Shown: positions 18,101 through 28,090 of the stretch, piece after piece
Numbering within the stretch: position 1 is the first letter of the stretch
Layout: each line of letters begins with the position of its first letter
IMG/VR virus record: IMGVR_UViG_3300014838_000022
Location: 1 to 59,836 of that record
Strand: one strand, 5' to 3'
From: a virus
Taxonomy: Duplodnaviria; Caudoviricetes
DNA: 59,836 nt
The notes under the pieces: generated by a model
The model's database searches: none
Told to the model about the DNA's origin: nothing
The model's input: only the letters and a program-made list of their open reading frames with translations
Made by a program: the position numbers and the translations under genes

Positions 18101-21046
18101 GACGTTAACATAGTCGAATCCCATATGATCCCATACAAATCCAGCATCGTTCAATGTTTTTTCAAACATTGCCCCAGCCTTCATTCCGTCCTTCACAGGA
18201 GTAGATGGAGCAACCAATGGAGACACGGAAGCCCCTTGATACTTGGTTACTAACCACGATATTGCATCTGCAATCTTCTTGGTAACGGCGGAATGAGTGT
18301 TTCCCATTATAATAAGAATCTTGGCTACATCATTGGGGTAAAATTTGGCTACATCCCCAATTTTTTTATGCATATACCATACATCTGATCCTTGCATCTT
18401 AGGCTCAAATCCGACAGACTTCAATGCATTTTCATCTTCTTGTGTGAGACGAATCGTATGGGTTGGGGGTTTTGTAATACCAACGTGGGCTTTGTATGAT
18501 GCCTTTGATGGTGATGGCGGTGGCAATGGAGCATCGGATGACTGTGAAAAAATCTGAGGAGTCACCAAAGTTGAAACCGTGCTCTGGACTGGATTTTTTA
18601 TCTGAGTCAATGCCGCAAAGTTGTTGGCAACGAATGAATAAGTCTTATTCCAGTTCGAAAATGACCATTGTTCAGTCGGACTTCCTACAACCCCATGCTT
18701 AACAACATAGGTCTGTCCGGTCGGAGTCGTAGATTTTTTACCAACTGCTAAAGCAGTGCTTCCATTAACTAAGAACAACGTCATACCCGATCCCGCAGTA
18801 TTAGGTTCAACGGTGACTGTTCCTCCGGTCTGGTTGGCTAGAATCTGAAATGTATTTACTTCAACATTATTGAGCGAATATTCAGTCGATGGCTTGGTTC
18901 CAACCGATGGAGCCATCAATGGCTCTTTAAAGGGAACGCTGGAAACACCACCCATAGATTTACCAATCCATGCTTTACTTGCATCATAATCTTCGTTTGG
19001 AAGAGCATTCTCCGTGAAAGTTTTGCACAACAAAAATATAGAATCCCAAAAAGACTTATGATAAACCTCATTTGGATTAGACTTCTTACATACCATATAT
19101 GTCCCATTGGAAAACGCAAATAATTGAACTCGGTCGTCTCCGGGAAGATATGCCTTGTAATACTGAGTTGATGGTCTCCATCCCATTTTGCATTGCTCCA
19201 ACAATTGGGTTTCCTTAGCCGCATCCAATTTAATCTTGGTATGAGATTCCAGAATTTCATCTTTTTTAGATTTAACTTTTGGCTTTGAAAATGTAGACAC
19301 CCCCGGAATAGGCTTAATGAAATTAAATACATTCTGGGTTAGCCATTTTTCCAATTTTTCAGGGGTTTCGAATACCTGAATATCGGCATTCATCGAATCT
19401 TGAACCGAATACATTCCATTAGTATGGAACTTGGCAGTATATTGATTCTGAATGGTGATTCCCTTCTTATTTTCATAAGGAGCCTGTGTTTGCCATTCAT
19501 TTCCGACCGAAGATTTAACAAACTTGTTTGCCGTAAGCACCGCTTCCACTTCAGGCGGAAATGGTTTATCTGGGCTTTGAGTTACCTTATTAATATCCTG
19601 TTCAATATCAGGATTATCGCTCAAATATCCAAGCACCCGGACAATCAATCTCTTAATCAGTGGAGATACAAATGGAAGATACCGAGCAATGTGAGTTGTC
19701 TTGGCACGACGATCAAGATCAGAGGGGGAAACATACATTCCACCTTTATTCAAAAGTGCTCCCCCATTGTGTTCCAAATCATAGATATGGTCAATTACCG
19801 ATGCCATATCCTCAATGTTTCCTTCGTTGGTTTGAGCAGCCAATTTTATAAGTGAATCAGTTCCTTCTCCCCATTTAGGACCACCGAATGCAGAACCTCC
19901 CCATCCAATCTTGTTATAAGCAAGGGAAATATCATCCCATGTTACACCCGATTTGAGGATGGCTTGATTAATACCAATAATTATGTTGGGAGACATTTCA
20001 CGAAGTAGAATTTTACGATGGGTAATACTCTCGGAAATATTCTTATGAGTCTTGAGCCATTTCTGAATCTTATCTGTTTCAACATCCGTCGAAGCATGTT
20101 TCAAATCATCGTCACCCCAATCAGCACCCGGGGGAACTTCAACTGTAGGCATATTGTAATCAGTATCATCGGGTTCTTCCGGAGCACTTGCTTTTGGTTC
20201 TGGCTCTGGCTCTGACTGTGTTGGCTCTGGTTCTAGCTCGGAATTTCCTACTTTAGGATTTTCCTGATCTTTCGATACAAAATCAAATGGATCGGGATTC
20301 ATTCCAGCATAATACTTACAAAACTTTAACAGACGTAAAACAGCATCTTCATGACCAACCATCTTAGGAATATACATATTGATATTGGCATTAAATTCCT
20401 CTTTGGAAACTTTACCTTGTTGATTGTGTAACCCAACCAATCTATGACGAAACGTTATCCAGTCGGGGGAATAATTAAGAATATATCGAAATTCCTGCAT
20501 GATGCTCAAACGCAAATGCGCCGAGATTTTTCTGGAAAGTTGAATAGTAACTTCATCGAACACTTGGTCAATAACTTTACGAAGTTGGGCGGGAACAATT
20601 GTACCACCCATTGGAGGAAATTCAACATCTTCCCACCCCGCTACACCAGCCGCCAAAGGATCAACACCACGTTCGATGGCTGCTCGATATTGTTTTGCTT
20701 GCGATGGAGTAAGTACTCGGGCTTTAGTTGGGTCTGATTGATGACCGGGAGCTATCGATGGATCGGGGCGGGGACTGCCCAATTGTCTATGCATAAGTTC
20801 CATTGCATAGAAATCATAAAACAGTTTGGTGGCATTGGCTCTAGTCGATGAGTCTTGCGCCCCACTTTTAGTGACATTTATGAACGGGGCATGATAATGA
20901 ACCCCTTCTTGAATGATTCTCAACTGTTCTTTTAGTGAAATAGCCATATATACAGGAATAAATATACGATAACGTGACCATTCTCGTAATAAAGATACAC
21001 GGTGGAGATAAGTGAAAACAAAATTATGACTTTCATTTATCTCCAC
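15143..21046 (-). CDS. Giant (~1.9 kaa) hypothetical protein with repeated domains; true start probably MAISLKEQ (~20947)
   Basis: Uninterrupted ORF, acidic/Pro linkers, recurring GF...(Y/W)...F..G...F...L..(Y/W)L units. Confidence 0.8.
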   Translation of the reverse strand: MEINESHNFVFTYLHRVSLLREWSRYRIFIPVYMAISLKEQLRIIQEGVHYHAPFINVTKSGAQDSSTRANATKLFYDFYAMELMHRQLGSPRPDPSIAPGHQSDPTKARVLTPSQAKQYRAAIERGVDPLAAGVAGWEDVEFPPMGGTIVPAQLRKVIDQVFDEVTIQLSRKISAHLRLSIMQEFRYILNYSPDWITFRHRLVGLHNQQGKVSKEEFNANINMYIPKMVGHEDAVLRLLKFCKYYAGMNPDPFDFVSKDQENPKVGNSELEPEPTQSEPEPEPKASAPEEPDDTDYNMPTVEVPPGADWGDDDLKHASTDVETDKIQKWLKTHKNISESITHRKILLREMSPNIIIGINQAILKSGVTWDDISLAYNKIGWGGSAFGGPKWGEGTDSLIKLAAQTNEGNIEDMASVIDHIYDLEHNGGALLNKGGMYVSPSDLDRRAKTTHIARYLPFVSPLIKRLIVRVLGYLSDNPDIEQDINKVTQSPDKPFPPEVEAVLTANKFVKSSVGNEWQTQAPYENKKGITIQNQYTAKFHTNGMYSVQDSMNADIQVFETPEKLEKWLTQNVFNFIKPIPGVSTFSKPKVKSKKDEILESHTKIKLDAAKETQLLEQCKMGWRPSTQYYKAYLPGDDRVQLFAFSNGTYMVCKKSNPNEVYHKSFWDSIFLLCKTFTENALPNEDYDASKAWIGKSMGGVSSVPFKEPLMAPSVGTKPSTEYSLNNVEVNTFQILANQTGGTVTVEPNTAGSGMTLFLVNGSTALAVGKKSTTPTGQTYVVKHGVVGSPTEQWSFSNWNKTYSFVANNFAALTQIKNPVQSTVSTLVTPQIFSQSSDAPLPPPSPSKASYKAHVGITKPPTHTIRLTQEDENALKSVGFEPKMQGSDVWYMHKKIGDVAKFYPNDVAKILIIMGNTHSAVTKKIADAISWLVTKYQGASVSPLVAPSTPVKDGMKAGAMFEKTLNDAGFVWDHMGFDYVNVKTNDTIKISPYPKSTYTNGQTGEVQHFNSLPEMAMFVKKKVVSPKPPAIVSASTESPEPPVSAVPPLTKVATPDEQKFQVIHDNLVKELKPFRDEKGNIPSQKTPPGSPQYHNNKVGAVVYLRHVMLKQYGLKLSLGEGKWIVENVKIFLNYVKNYGLPDSLIDIDKVVGKWAMADENPTVSEDDYNTMHGVLKQFMNLDGDIPMSTPINSSNKIAAIKTLKNYIYSTYNINLSLGNAKRIIEHVDDFLEYVRMNGIAYFLKNIEDVVNKWSYKDSKPKEEPSSINQPTPEVKEVPEAKLPELIEKHGFKFETTINITTMGGVKEATMYRNSNGDTLYLFHDGTSNLYLAPDNNPVHKFNNVSDLVNYLETTEASPKLTHSTGDVELDEEIDIKGFKLMMVKGNLLQFLNKSGTVLYYDVADHSSSVKMKGSKNSFSFTDNESLMDHLQNSSPEISEPETPLQSFAPEDSVELSADNENKLGFQKVQPPDGSVFYTNKDFDVVFLKDGTASVISTSTAEVQKFNTYSSAIQYLVSKKSESNKNKTVLAGTENMPFSGMNYKIMWNTQPPKVPLSLTPFDETTMKSMGWNPVKWGGGLVYQNYNRRIAFYNHGGSNYWSNFNTGGVTQIFPSVEDTLRWLWKNKVNPTPKENPLGESYYPKELVVKLLTTSGFTSETMPNGVIRWVHPSQFNFELHTKGIRWYSINGVTELEIPLSHQGHFLTMALTDVDKSSSNNDVFDLFNGESHQYLETHSNKLDSDKTSGGMYYPDIEVVNNLKSVGFHPEMLVYGTKWVHPSKFTLKLFTDGIMWTIGLNEQFVKIPQDKQAYYLKKTLASADKNTNSPQMEWYFNYSAKHANENPKAENLSKVPYSGVDYRDYFNKEYPNTPNNEAISLVSKDEETLASMGFEKETDSNAGIAFRVLYYRKKSDDNVYFFAGGQASYWATKTDGPHYFNTAMELMQFLWDKYSPNIQEGSLRDYLRKWLI

Positions 21047-21059
21047 CTATTTATAGAAC

Positions 21060-21758
21060 ATGAATATTATTTGTGAAGAGTGTGGAGCCGAATTTAGGAG
21101 GTCTAAATCCTCATACGAGCGGTCGATAATTCAGGGAATGAAATTTTTCTGTTCGTTGAAATGTAGTGGTTCTCATAAAAACCGTGTGGCCCGAGGAAAA
21201 TGGGGCAATGGAAAAACAAAAACATTATGCGAAGAATGTGGTACAGAATTTGAAAAACGAACGGCTGACTATAATAGAACCGAATCAAATGGGAAAAAAC
21301 ATTTTTGTTCATTAAAATGTAGTGCGGTTTATCGAAATAAAAGCATGACCGAAGAACAGAGGCAAGCAGCTGGGAGACGATTAAATAGTGTTCCTCATAA
21401 AACACGAGAAGATTGTTATTCCCCATTTCGGGAGTTTATGAGAAGATGTCAAAGCAAAGAACGGATAACGGCTTATGGGACACCAAACATAAATTTAGAA
21501 TACTTGAAAAGAGTTTGGGAAACTCAGGGCGGAATTTGTCCTTACACTGGAATTAAAATGATTCTTCCAAAAAATTTACGAGAATATGACCAAGTTCGTA
21601 GCCCGCAAAAAGCCAGTTTAGATAGAATAGATTCATCGGCGGGATATATTCAAGGAAATGTAGAATTTGTTTGTAGTAGCGTTAACTTAGCAAAAAATTC
21701 ATTTACTCGTGAAGAGATGATAGATTTTTTCTCCAAAATTAGACTGAATCACGTTTAG
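21060..21758 (+). CDS. Homing endonuclease (HNH-like) with two CxxC..FCSxxC zinc repeats
   Basis: CEECG...FCSLKCS twice; QGGICPYTG...ASLDRIDSSAGYIQGNVEFV...NLAK. Confidence 0.85.
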   Translation: MNIICEECGAEFRRSKSSYERSIIQGMKFFCSLKCSGSHKNRVARGKWGNGKTKTLCEECGTEFEKRTADYNRTESNGKKHFCSLKCSAVYRNKSMTEEQRQAAGRRLNSVPHKTREDCYSPFREFMRRCQSKERITAYGTPNINLEYLKRVWETQGGICPYTGIKMILPKNLREYDQVRSPQKASLDRIDSSAGYIQGNVEFVCSSVNLAKNSFTREEMIDFFSKIRLNHV

Positions 21759-21805
21759 CATTACCCATTCGCAACCATCGTGGAGGTAGTGATTACACTG
21801 CGAAC

Positions 21806-22207
21806 TGGACATGCGGAGAATCGAACTCCGGTCTCTAATATATTCAATGAATAACACTACACGCTTAGTTTGTATATGAATTATGCTGATTATTAACAAA
21901 CAATTTACTCAGTATAGACATACTTAACAAGTATGTCAGTTGCCTCTATGATAGAACCATAGAAAGTTCCCTCGCTTATTAACGCAACAGAATTTTTAGC
22001 GAGTATTATATTCTGCTTACCGAATTAAGCCAATGCTAACTCTTCGGAAACCACTTCTTCATTTCCCAAAGGAAACTCGAAGTTGATAGCGGACAATTCG
22101 TTTAAACGATTATCGGTTATATTTCAGTCGTTTTTTTACAGAGCCGATGACCAAACTCTGGCGTGCATTCCTCATTTCCAATCTTAGATCGAAACCAGGT
22201 CATGCCC
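21806..22207 (-). ncRNA. ssrA: tmRNA; tag peptide DNRLNELSAINFEFPLGNEEVVSEELALA*
   Basis: 5' GGGCATG pairs with 3' CATGTCC-A (G3-U70); GGTTTCGA after the 5' stem; T arm CCGGAGTTCGATTCTCCG; tag ORF 22114-22025 ending LALA. Confidence 0.92.
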
Positions 22208-22262
22208 ATAATACTTCAAAGAACTGATAATAAATATAACACAGACACCCCAACCTGTCAAC

Positions 22263-22673
22263 TTAAATCTTTGACCTACGTTGTTTGTCTGTTAATATTC
22301 CACGATCTTCACCAAACATTACATCGTGTATGGTCATATGGTCAACGTTTACTTCGGAGTCTCCTTCAAAATATACATCACCCGTGATAGTAAAACACAT
22401 TTTATGAACGGTGTCAATATCTTTTTCTTTCACCACTAACCATATCGCCAACGTATCGTCACTAGTAGGAACTACCCGCAACACATCTGCTTTGATAGTA
22501 TTTATACACATGGTTACGTGGCGACGATGATCCAACTTTTTATTGAACTCTTCCGTTGCCTTACGCAAGACGTTGGTGCCGAATTTATAATGTTTGAATA
22601 CCGGAGGAGTTTCAATCGGATAACGATAGTTAACTCCACGGTTCATCATTACACTGTTAGATGTGAATTTCAT
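22263..22673 (-). CDS. Hypothetical protein
   Basis: 136-aa ORF. Confidence 0.6.
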   Translation of the reverse strand: MKFTSNSVMMNRGVNYRYPIETPPVFKHYKFGTNVLRKATEEFNKKLDHRRHVTMCINTIKADVLRVVPTSDDTLAIWLVVKEKDIDTVHKMCFTITGDVYFEGDSEVNVDHMTIHDVMFGEDRGILTDKQRRSKI

Positions 22674-23031
22674 AACTTTTTATAAATAAACTTATGTCAA
22701 CAAATACACCACAAATGTGATATACTGTGGAAACATAATACACCAATTATTTATGGTTATTAGTAAATGTGTCATCATGGTATTTCCTTTTCGGTTAAGT
22801 CGTTAAGCCACGCTTTGATTTCTTTGACATACCCTTTGAGCAATCGGTTCTTTTTACGTACATCCCGATCAATCAAATCTCTATCAGTTATAATGCCTTC
22901 TTGCACAAAGTCTTGTAACGCAGTCAATAGTTCGATTCGGCTGGTTTGAATTTTTCTCATACCGATAAATAGCGGGAGACTGGTTAAAAAGAAGAAGTTG
23001 ACAAACTTTGGTAGTATGCTATATTGATGAT

Positions 23032-23295
23032 ATGAATGAACCATCATTTCCTGTAAACACATTATCCGAAACCAACACAGAGACTACCCCTATCTCTAAA
23101 GCTCCCACAGTTTTTAAACTTATTTGTGTGTCAAAATGCAAGAAGCACGCAGTTGAAATGGCAAAACAACTTCGCCCATCCAACAAATTCACCCGGGTCT
23201 CCGAAGACTTCTTACTGGCGTGTGAAGGCAATCTCAGGGCTTTTATCGCCAGCCGTGTTAAAGCCCATCCGTCAAAAGGAAAAACCTTGACTTGA
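23032..23295 (+). CDS. Putative small histone-fold protein
   Basis: LICVSKCKK...RVSEDFL..CE..L..FI...V..HPSKGKTL pattern; TTGACA promoter at 22999. Confidence 0.5.
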   Translation: MNEPSFPVNTLSETNTETTPISKAPTVFKLICVSKCKKHAVEMAKQLRPSNKFTRVSEDFLLACEGNLRAFIASRVKAHPSKGKTLT

Positions 23296-23508
23296 AATTG
23301 ACAATCTGATAAGATATTGACCTATGGAAAAAAAGAAAAGTGAAAAACTTGTAAACGTGTGCGTTGTTATGGGGGTCGAAGGCCCAAGCGTATCTATCAA
23401 CGACTATCGTGTGGCAGGCAATAAACCTTGGGGCGGGGGTAAAATTTTATTAGATGTAAACGTTCCATTATCTGACATAAAATATGCAATAAAAAATTCA
23501 ACCGAATA

Positions 23509-23775
23509 ATGAAACTTTTAGCCAAATTTACCGGGAAGGTCGTAACCTTCAATAAGCCCCCAACTCCATCACTTGTCCTTTTGACTGGTGATGGAAAAAC
23601 ATGCGAAGCTACCGCACCATCTGACCTCCTGCAAGCACAGGGCGTAGATTACACAGGGGCTGAGTTCGAAATTTTGATTAATGAAGGTCCATCAGGAGTC
23701 CCAGTACCTACCATCAACAAGATCGTTCATGTCGTCGCCCCCGCTCCAGAACCATCCGACGACTTCAATATATGA
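23509..23775 (+). CDS. Hypothetical protein
   Basis: Translationally coupled ORF. Confidence 0.55.
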   Translation: MKLLAKFTGKVVTFNKPPTPSLVLLTGDGKTCEATAPSDLLQAQGVDYTGAEFEILINEGPSGVPVPTINKIVHVVAPAPEPSDDFNI

Positions 23776-24209
23776 CTGTCTCAGATTCCATAAACGGCAT
23801 ATATGAACTACTCGGCGGATTAGCCTTGGCATTTAACTGCTACCGCACTTATAAAGATAAGGAAATCAAAGGCATATCCGTGGTGTCTATGGTGTTTTTT
23901 ACTTCGTGGGGATACTGGAATCTTTATTTCTATCCTTCTCTACATCAAGTTGTTAGCACAATTGGTGCTGTAATATTGGTATTTTTCAATACCATTTGGC
24001 TTTGTCAAGCACTCTATTACATTACTCATCCAAAAAAACAAATAATCCTCCTAAACCCCAACCCAAATACGGTTATGGAAAATAATAATGGAAATACTGT
24101 CACCGTGCTTGAAGTCGGTGAAGGTTGGATTCGTGGGCAACATCCCGATGGTAGCAAATTTATGCGATCAAGATCCGGGTTCATGAAGAGTTATCATCCA
24201 AAACAATAA
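23772..24209 (+). CDS. PQ-loop/SemiSWEET-like membrane protein
   Basis: Three hydrophobic helices with YKDKEIKGIS and WGYWNLYFY. Confidence 0.6.
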   Translation: MTVSDSINGIYELLGGLALAFNCYRTYKDKEIKGISVVSMVFFTSWGYWNLYFYPSLHQVVSTIGAVILVFFNTIWLCQALYYITHPKKQIILLNPNPNTVMENNNGNTVTVLEVGEGWIRGQHPDGSKFMRSRSGFMKSYHPKQ

Positions 24210-24470
24210 CTCCAAACTAAAGAAAATAAATGACTACTGCGTTTAAAACCCCACAAGATGTCATCAATGCTTGCAATGTCGAGTGTGAGCGGGCATGGAA
24301 TGAATACCTTAAAATCAATAACATCGACCCCGTGCTCGCACCCGAAGCGGTCGCTGCCGCCAAGCAAGTATTCAATGATGGATATTATGCCGGTGCCCGA
24401 TGGGTCAGTGGCACTATTGTTCAAAATTTGATTAACTCCAACAAACTCAACATCCCCCAAACATAACATT

Positions 24471-25631
24471 ATGAAGTTCAATATCCTAAATTTAGATGGC
24501 ATCCTTTCACAAGCTAAAACCTTGTTCAAGTCCATTCCAACCGATGACCTACAAAAGCGGTGGGATGCCTTTTCTAAAAAAGTAGTCGATAAACTTGAAA
24601 ACGAATACTTCAATCATATCGAAAAACTCAATTTGGAACTTACCGATCAGCAAGATGCCATCAACAAGCTTATTCTGCAAAATGCCGAACTCCAAGCCAA
24701 GTTGGAATCAACAATGATTCGTGATAACCGCATGGAAAAAATGCAGTCCGAATTGAATACTGCATATCATCAAATCAACAAATTAAAATCTGATTTGGAA
24801 ATCGAAATGGGAAATCGCAACCATTTTCGTGAACTCGTCGCCACAAACGATACCTTCATGATCGAACTAAAAAAACAAATCGCTACTTACAAGACGGATA
24901 AACAAAAAGAAACCTCCGATCTTAATCGCAAGTTGACCGAGAAAACGGGTGAAGCCGAGCATCTTGCCAAACAATCCATTCGCCTTACTGAGGAAAATGC
25001 AACCCTTCGTCTCGGTATCACGGAACTTACGACTAAAAACGAAGAACTTACCGCACTCAATTCTCAATTGAATACTCAAACTCCCTTGCTTATGGCAGAG
25101 AATGATAAGTATCGGGAACAACCCGTGCGCTTGGTAGAGGAGAAACATCTGCTACAAGAGACCATCAATGAGTATATGGGTATTGCGAAAGATGTTGGTG
25201 AACGTCTTGCCCATAGTGAATTTATTCGTGATAACCACATGGAAAAAATGCAGTCCGAATCCGTGCGCTTGGTAGAGGAGAAACGTCTGCTACAAGAGCA
25301 AGTCAATGAGTATAGGGGTATTGCGGAAGACGGTGCTGACCGTCTTGCCCATAGTGTAAATACTATTGCCAACCTTCAACATATGCTCGATAATAAACAA
25401 AAGATTAACGATCTCAACAGTGTCATCAATGTCATTCTAACTAATGTCCTTACTAAATTGAACGCTATGCCGTGGTATGCTTGGGGGAAGAAAAAAGAAT
25501 TACTCGCCACGTATCCAGATAGAATTTATATCTTCCAAGAAGAAATCAATCTTATTCAATCGTGCAAACACATAGATATGGTCGGAGATACTGCGTGCCA
25601 AGCAACGGGTGCGGGAACTAAGAGTGCTTAA
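24471..25631 (+). CDS. Coiled-coil protein with internal duplications
   Basis: Heptad-rich; IRDN(R/H)MEKMQSE and VRLVEEK(H/R)LLQE each occur twice. Confidence 0.75.
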   Translation: MKFNILNLDGILSQAKTLFKSIPTDDLQKRWDAFSKKVVDKLENEYFNHIEKLNLELTDQQDAINKLILQNAELQAKLESTMIRDNRMEKMQSELNTAYHQINKLKSDLEIEMGNRNHFRELVATNDTFMIELKKQIATYKTDKQKETSDLNRKLTEKTGEAEHLAKQSIRLTEENATLRLGITELTTKNEELTALNSQLNTQTPLLMAENDKYREQPVRLVEEKHLLQETINEYMGIAKDVGERLAHSEFIRDNHMEKMQSESVRLVEEKRLLQEQVNEYRGIAEDGADRLAHSVNTIANLQHMLDNKQKINDLNSVINVILTNVLTKLNAMPWYAWGKKKELLATYPDRIYIFQEEINLIQSCKHIDMVGDTACQATGAGTKSA

Positions 25632-25779
25632 ACAAGCCGCAGGCTCAGGCCGAAAACTTTAAGATATAATAAGTATGAAAGATCGAGCAACCGCATTAAA
25701 TGTCCTCATCGACGATGATACTGTGAAAGATGACCCCAATAACATCTATATGTCCTTAAACAATTATTCATTATGACAT

Positions 25780-26073
25780 ATGAACTGGAAACGCCATGAT
25801 AACCCAATGGCATCAAAATTAGGACGCTGCGGCGTCACTGGAAAAGTAATATTCCGAACCGAAGGCGCAGCTAAAAAACGAATCAAAGAAATTCTAACCG
25901 AAGATACTAACCGATGCCATAATTACATGCGAGCATTCCAATGCGACCGATGCGGTTATTGGCACCTAACCTCAGCACCAAATAAATTCAACCCAATAAA
26001 CATATGCAATTCAACACCAAACTTAACGTCAACGATACCGTGTGGACTTTTCCCCAAGATACCACCGCCCTAA
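25780..26073 (+). CDS. Small zinc-finger phage protein
   Basis: C..TGK..F.TE..A and RAFQCDRCGYWHLTS. Confidence 0.6.
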   Translation: MNWKRHDNPMASKLGRCGVTGKVIFRTEGAAKKRIKEILTEDTNRCHNYMRAFQCDRCGYWHLTSAPNKFNPINICNSTPNLTSTIPCGLFPKIPPP

Positions 26074-26873
26074 AATTTCAATGCCATACTATCATGGGTA
26101 TCACCGTTAAGTTATTCAACGGCGAACTTCCTACCATTCGTTATACCCTCAGAAATAATACCATTATCTACGAACATAAAGAAGGTAAACAATGGTGGAG
26201 AACCGAAAAAGATGCCATTAATAAACTCTATGGCACATTCGGAAAACCTAATCAATGTACCTGTGGTCATTGCGAAGATAAAAATAACCCAGAAGCACCC
26301 GACCTCAAGGCACAATACACTGCCAATAAAAAAGTCAATTCCTTAAGCGAAGAATACACCCGCTTCTTCCAAGACCCAGGCGAAGTGAACGAAAATCCCA
26401 AAATAGATAAGAAATACTTCGAAGAACCCAAAACTCCTATCAAAAATCAAACAACCACTGCCGAAACCCTTTATGCGGCATTGAATGCGGCATTGGAAAA
26501 AATGTTTCCGCAACCATCTAACGATAAACCCCAACCCATCGCCAAATCGGAACTGGAAAACGCATTCAATGAAATCTTCCACCACCCCGATGAAGAACTC
26601 GATGATGATTTCGACCGTAACTTCGGTGAATACGTCTGCTCAAACCCCAAGCCCAAAAACCAGAACGAACTCAATGCTCTCTACGAAGAACTATACAATA
26701 GAAGCGAGACATTCAAAATCGGTGATAAAGTAAAACTCCAATCCAATGGCTGCCCCGATAAAATTGGAAAACTCGTCAAGTTCGATAAAAATGAATATCA
26801 TGGACGTAAGTATAAATTCATGGATAACTATGGAGAAATCACTTATTGTACCCATGGTCTTTCCAAACTATGA
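26004..26873 (+). CDS. Hypothetical protein
   Basis: 289-aa ORF. Confidence 0.7.
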   Translation: MQFNTKLNVNDTVWTFPQDTTALKFQCHTIMGITVKLFNGELPTIRYTLRNNTIIYEHKEGKQWWRTEKDAINKLYGTFGKPNQCTCGHCEDKNNPEAPDLKAQYTANKKVNSLSEEYTRFFQDPGEVNENPKIDKKYFEEPKTPIKNQTTTAETLYAALNAALEKMFPQPSNDKPQPIAKSELENAFNEIFHHPDEELDDDFDRNFGEYVCSNPKPKNQNELNALYEELYNRSETFKIGDKVKLQSNGCPDKIGKLVKFDKNEYHGRKYKFMDNYGEITYCTHGLSKL

Positions 26874-26895
26874 ATGAAGAACTCTTTGGGAGCAT

Positions 26896-27291
26896 ATGAA
26901 AATACCCATCCTTACTCTCAATACGCCCAATAAAAATAAGCGTATATACCCACGGGAAGTCATGGAGAAGGCTTTACAGAAATATCGAGACGAATATGTC
27001 TCCAAATCACGATCCATAGTTACTTGTACCCCACCCACCGAATTTGAGACAGACTTAACGGATGCAGTCGGAATCGTAAAAGAAATAATCATTGTGGATA
27101 ATACCGTAATAGGTGAACTTCACTTGTTTAAACTTCCCAAAGCCGAAAGTGTCGAAGAAGCTATCAATAGTGGGAAATTACATATGCGTACCGCAGGTAT
27201 AGGAAAAATGACCGAACAAGCAGATGGAACATTCAAGATCGAAGATGGTTATGAAATCATCTCCTGCTTCCTAACCGATGACCCCGCATAA
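26896..27291 (+). CDS. Degenerate T4 gp21-like prohead protease homolog
   Basis: PNKNKRIYPREVMEKALQKY N-terminal motif and GIG/DPA C-terminal pattern; catalytic His and Ser not evident. Confidence 0.6.
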   Translation: MKIPILTLNTPNKNKRIYPREVMEKALQKYRDEYVSKSRSIVTCTPPTEFETDLTDAVGIVKEIIIVDNTVIGELHLFKLPKAESVEEAINSGKLHMRTAGIGKMTEQADGTFKIEDGYEIISCFLTDDPA

Positions 27292-27297
27292 AATCAT

Positions 27298-27744
27298 ATG
27301 AACGAAGAATACTATAAGCTCCTCAGCAAAATAGTAATCCAAATCATTAACCCCGCACTTAAAGAGTCGGAACAGCGTGAGTTCTATCTCGCCTGTTCCT
27401 ACTTCCATGACCTCGATTCATTTACCCATGACGCTATCTCCAAAGCTTACCCTTGGGGTTATCTGAAAAAAATTGTAGATTTACATGTGGACCTTAATCA
27501 ATTTTACCCATGTATCTCATATACTGATCTAGTTAGCCTATATCCATATGAATCCATATCCGATGACGGTGCCCTAAATACAATCTGTGATAAAATCCTA
27601 GCCGCTAATCCTAAAAGCATAGAAGATTATAAAAAAGGTAAAATGAACTCCCTTAATCACTTGAAAGGTCAAGTCATGAAGGAAACTAAAGGTAAAGCTA
27701 ATATCCAAAAAGTTGAAATAATCCTAAAAGAAAAAATGATATGA
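27298..27744 (+). CDS. GatB/YqeY C-terminal domain protein
   Basis: NPKSIEDYKKGKMNSLNHLKGQVMKETKGKAN. Confidence 0.75.
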   Translation: MNEEYYKLLSKIVIQIINPALKESEQREFYLACSYFHDLDSFTHDAISKAYPWGYLKKIVDLHVDLNQFYPCISYTDLVSLYPYESISDDGALNTICDKILAANPKSIEDYKKGKMNSLNHLKGQVMKETKGKANIQKVEIILKEKMI

Positions 27745-28090
27745 ATGAACCACATTATGACTTCTTTGACCTCCCGCCGGATGAACGTAGTAACGTATAT
27801 CAAAAGGCAGAAGAAGAAACAGGTCAGAATTTCTTTGACCTTCCCCCAGAAGACCGTGCAGCATATTATAACGCCGCTACCCGTGAATTTGAATAAAATT
27901 TATCAAAATATCTGACCGCTCGGACTCGCCTTCCGCTGCCCACGAGTAATTAACCACTCGTCTATCGCCATTACATTGTTCCGATACAGATTCCACCCAT
28001 TCGGAGTCACTGGCTCCTTCTTCCCATTCTCCGATAATATAAACGCCGGAATGTTGTCCAAATATACGATGTCCTTCTTTATGTCAATTG

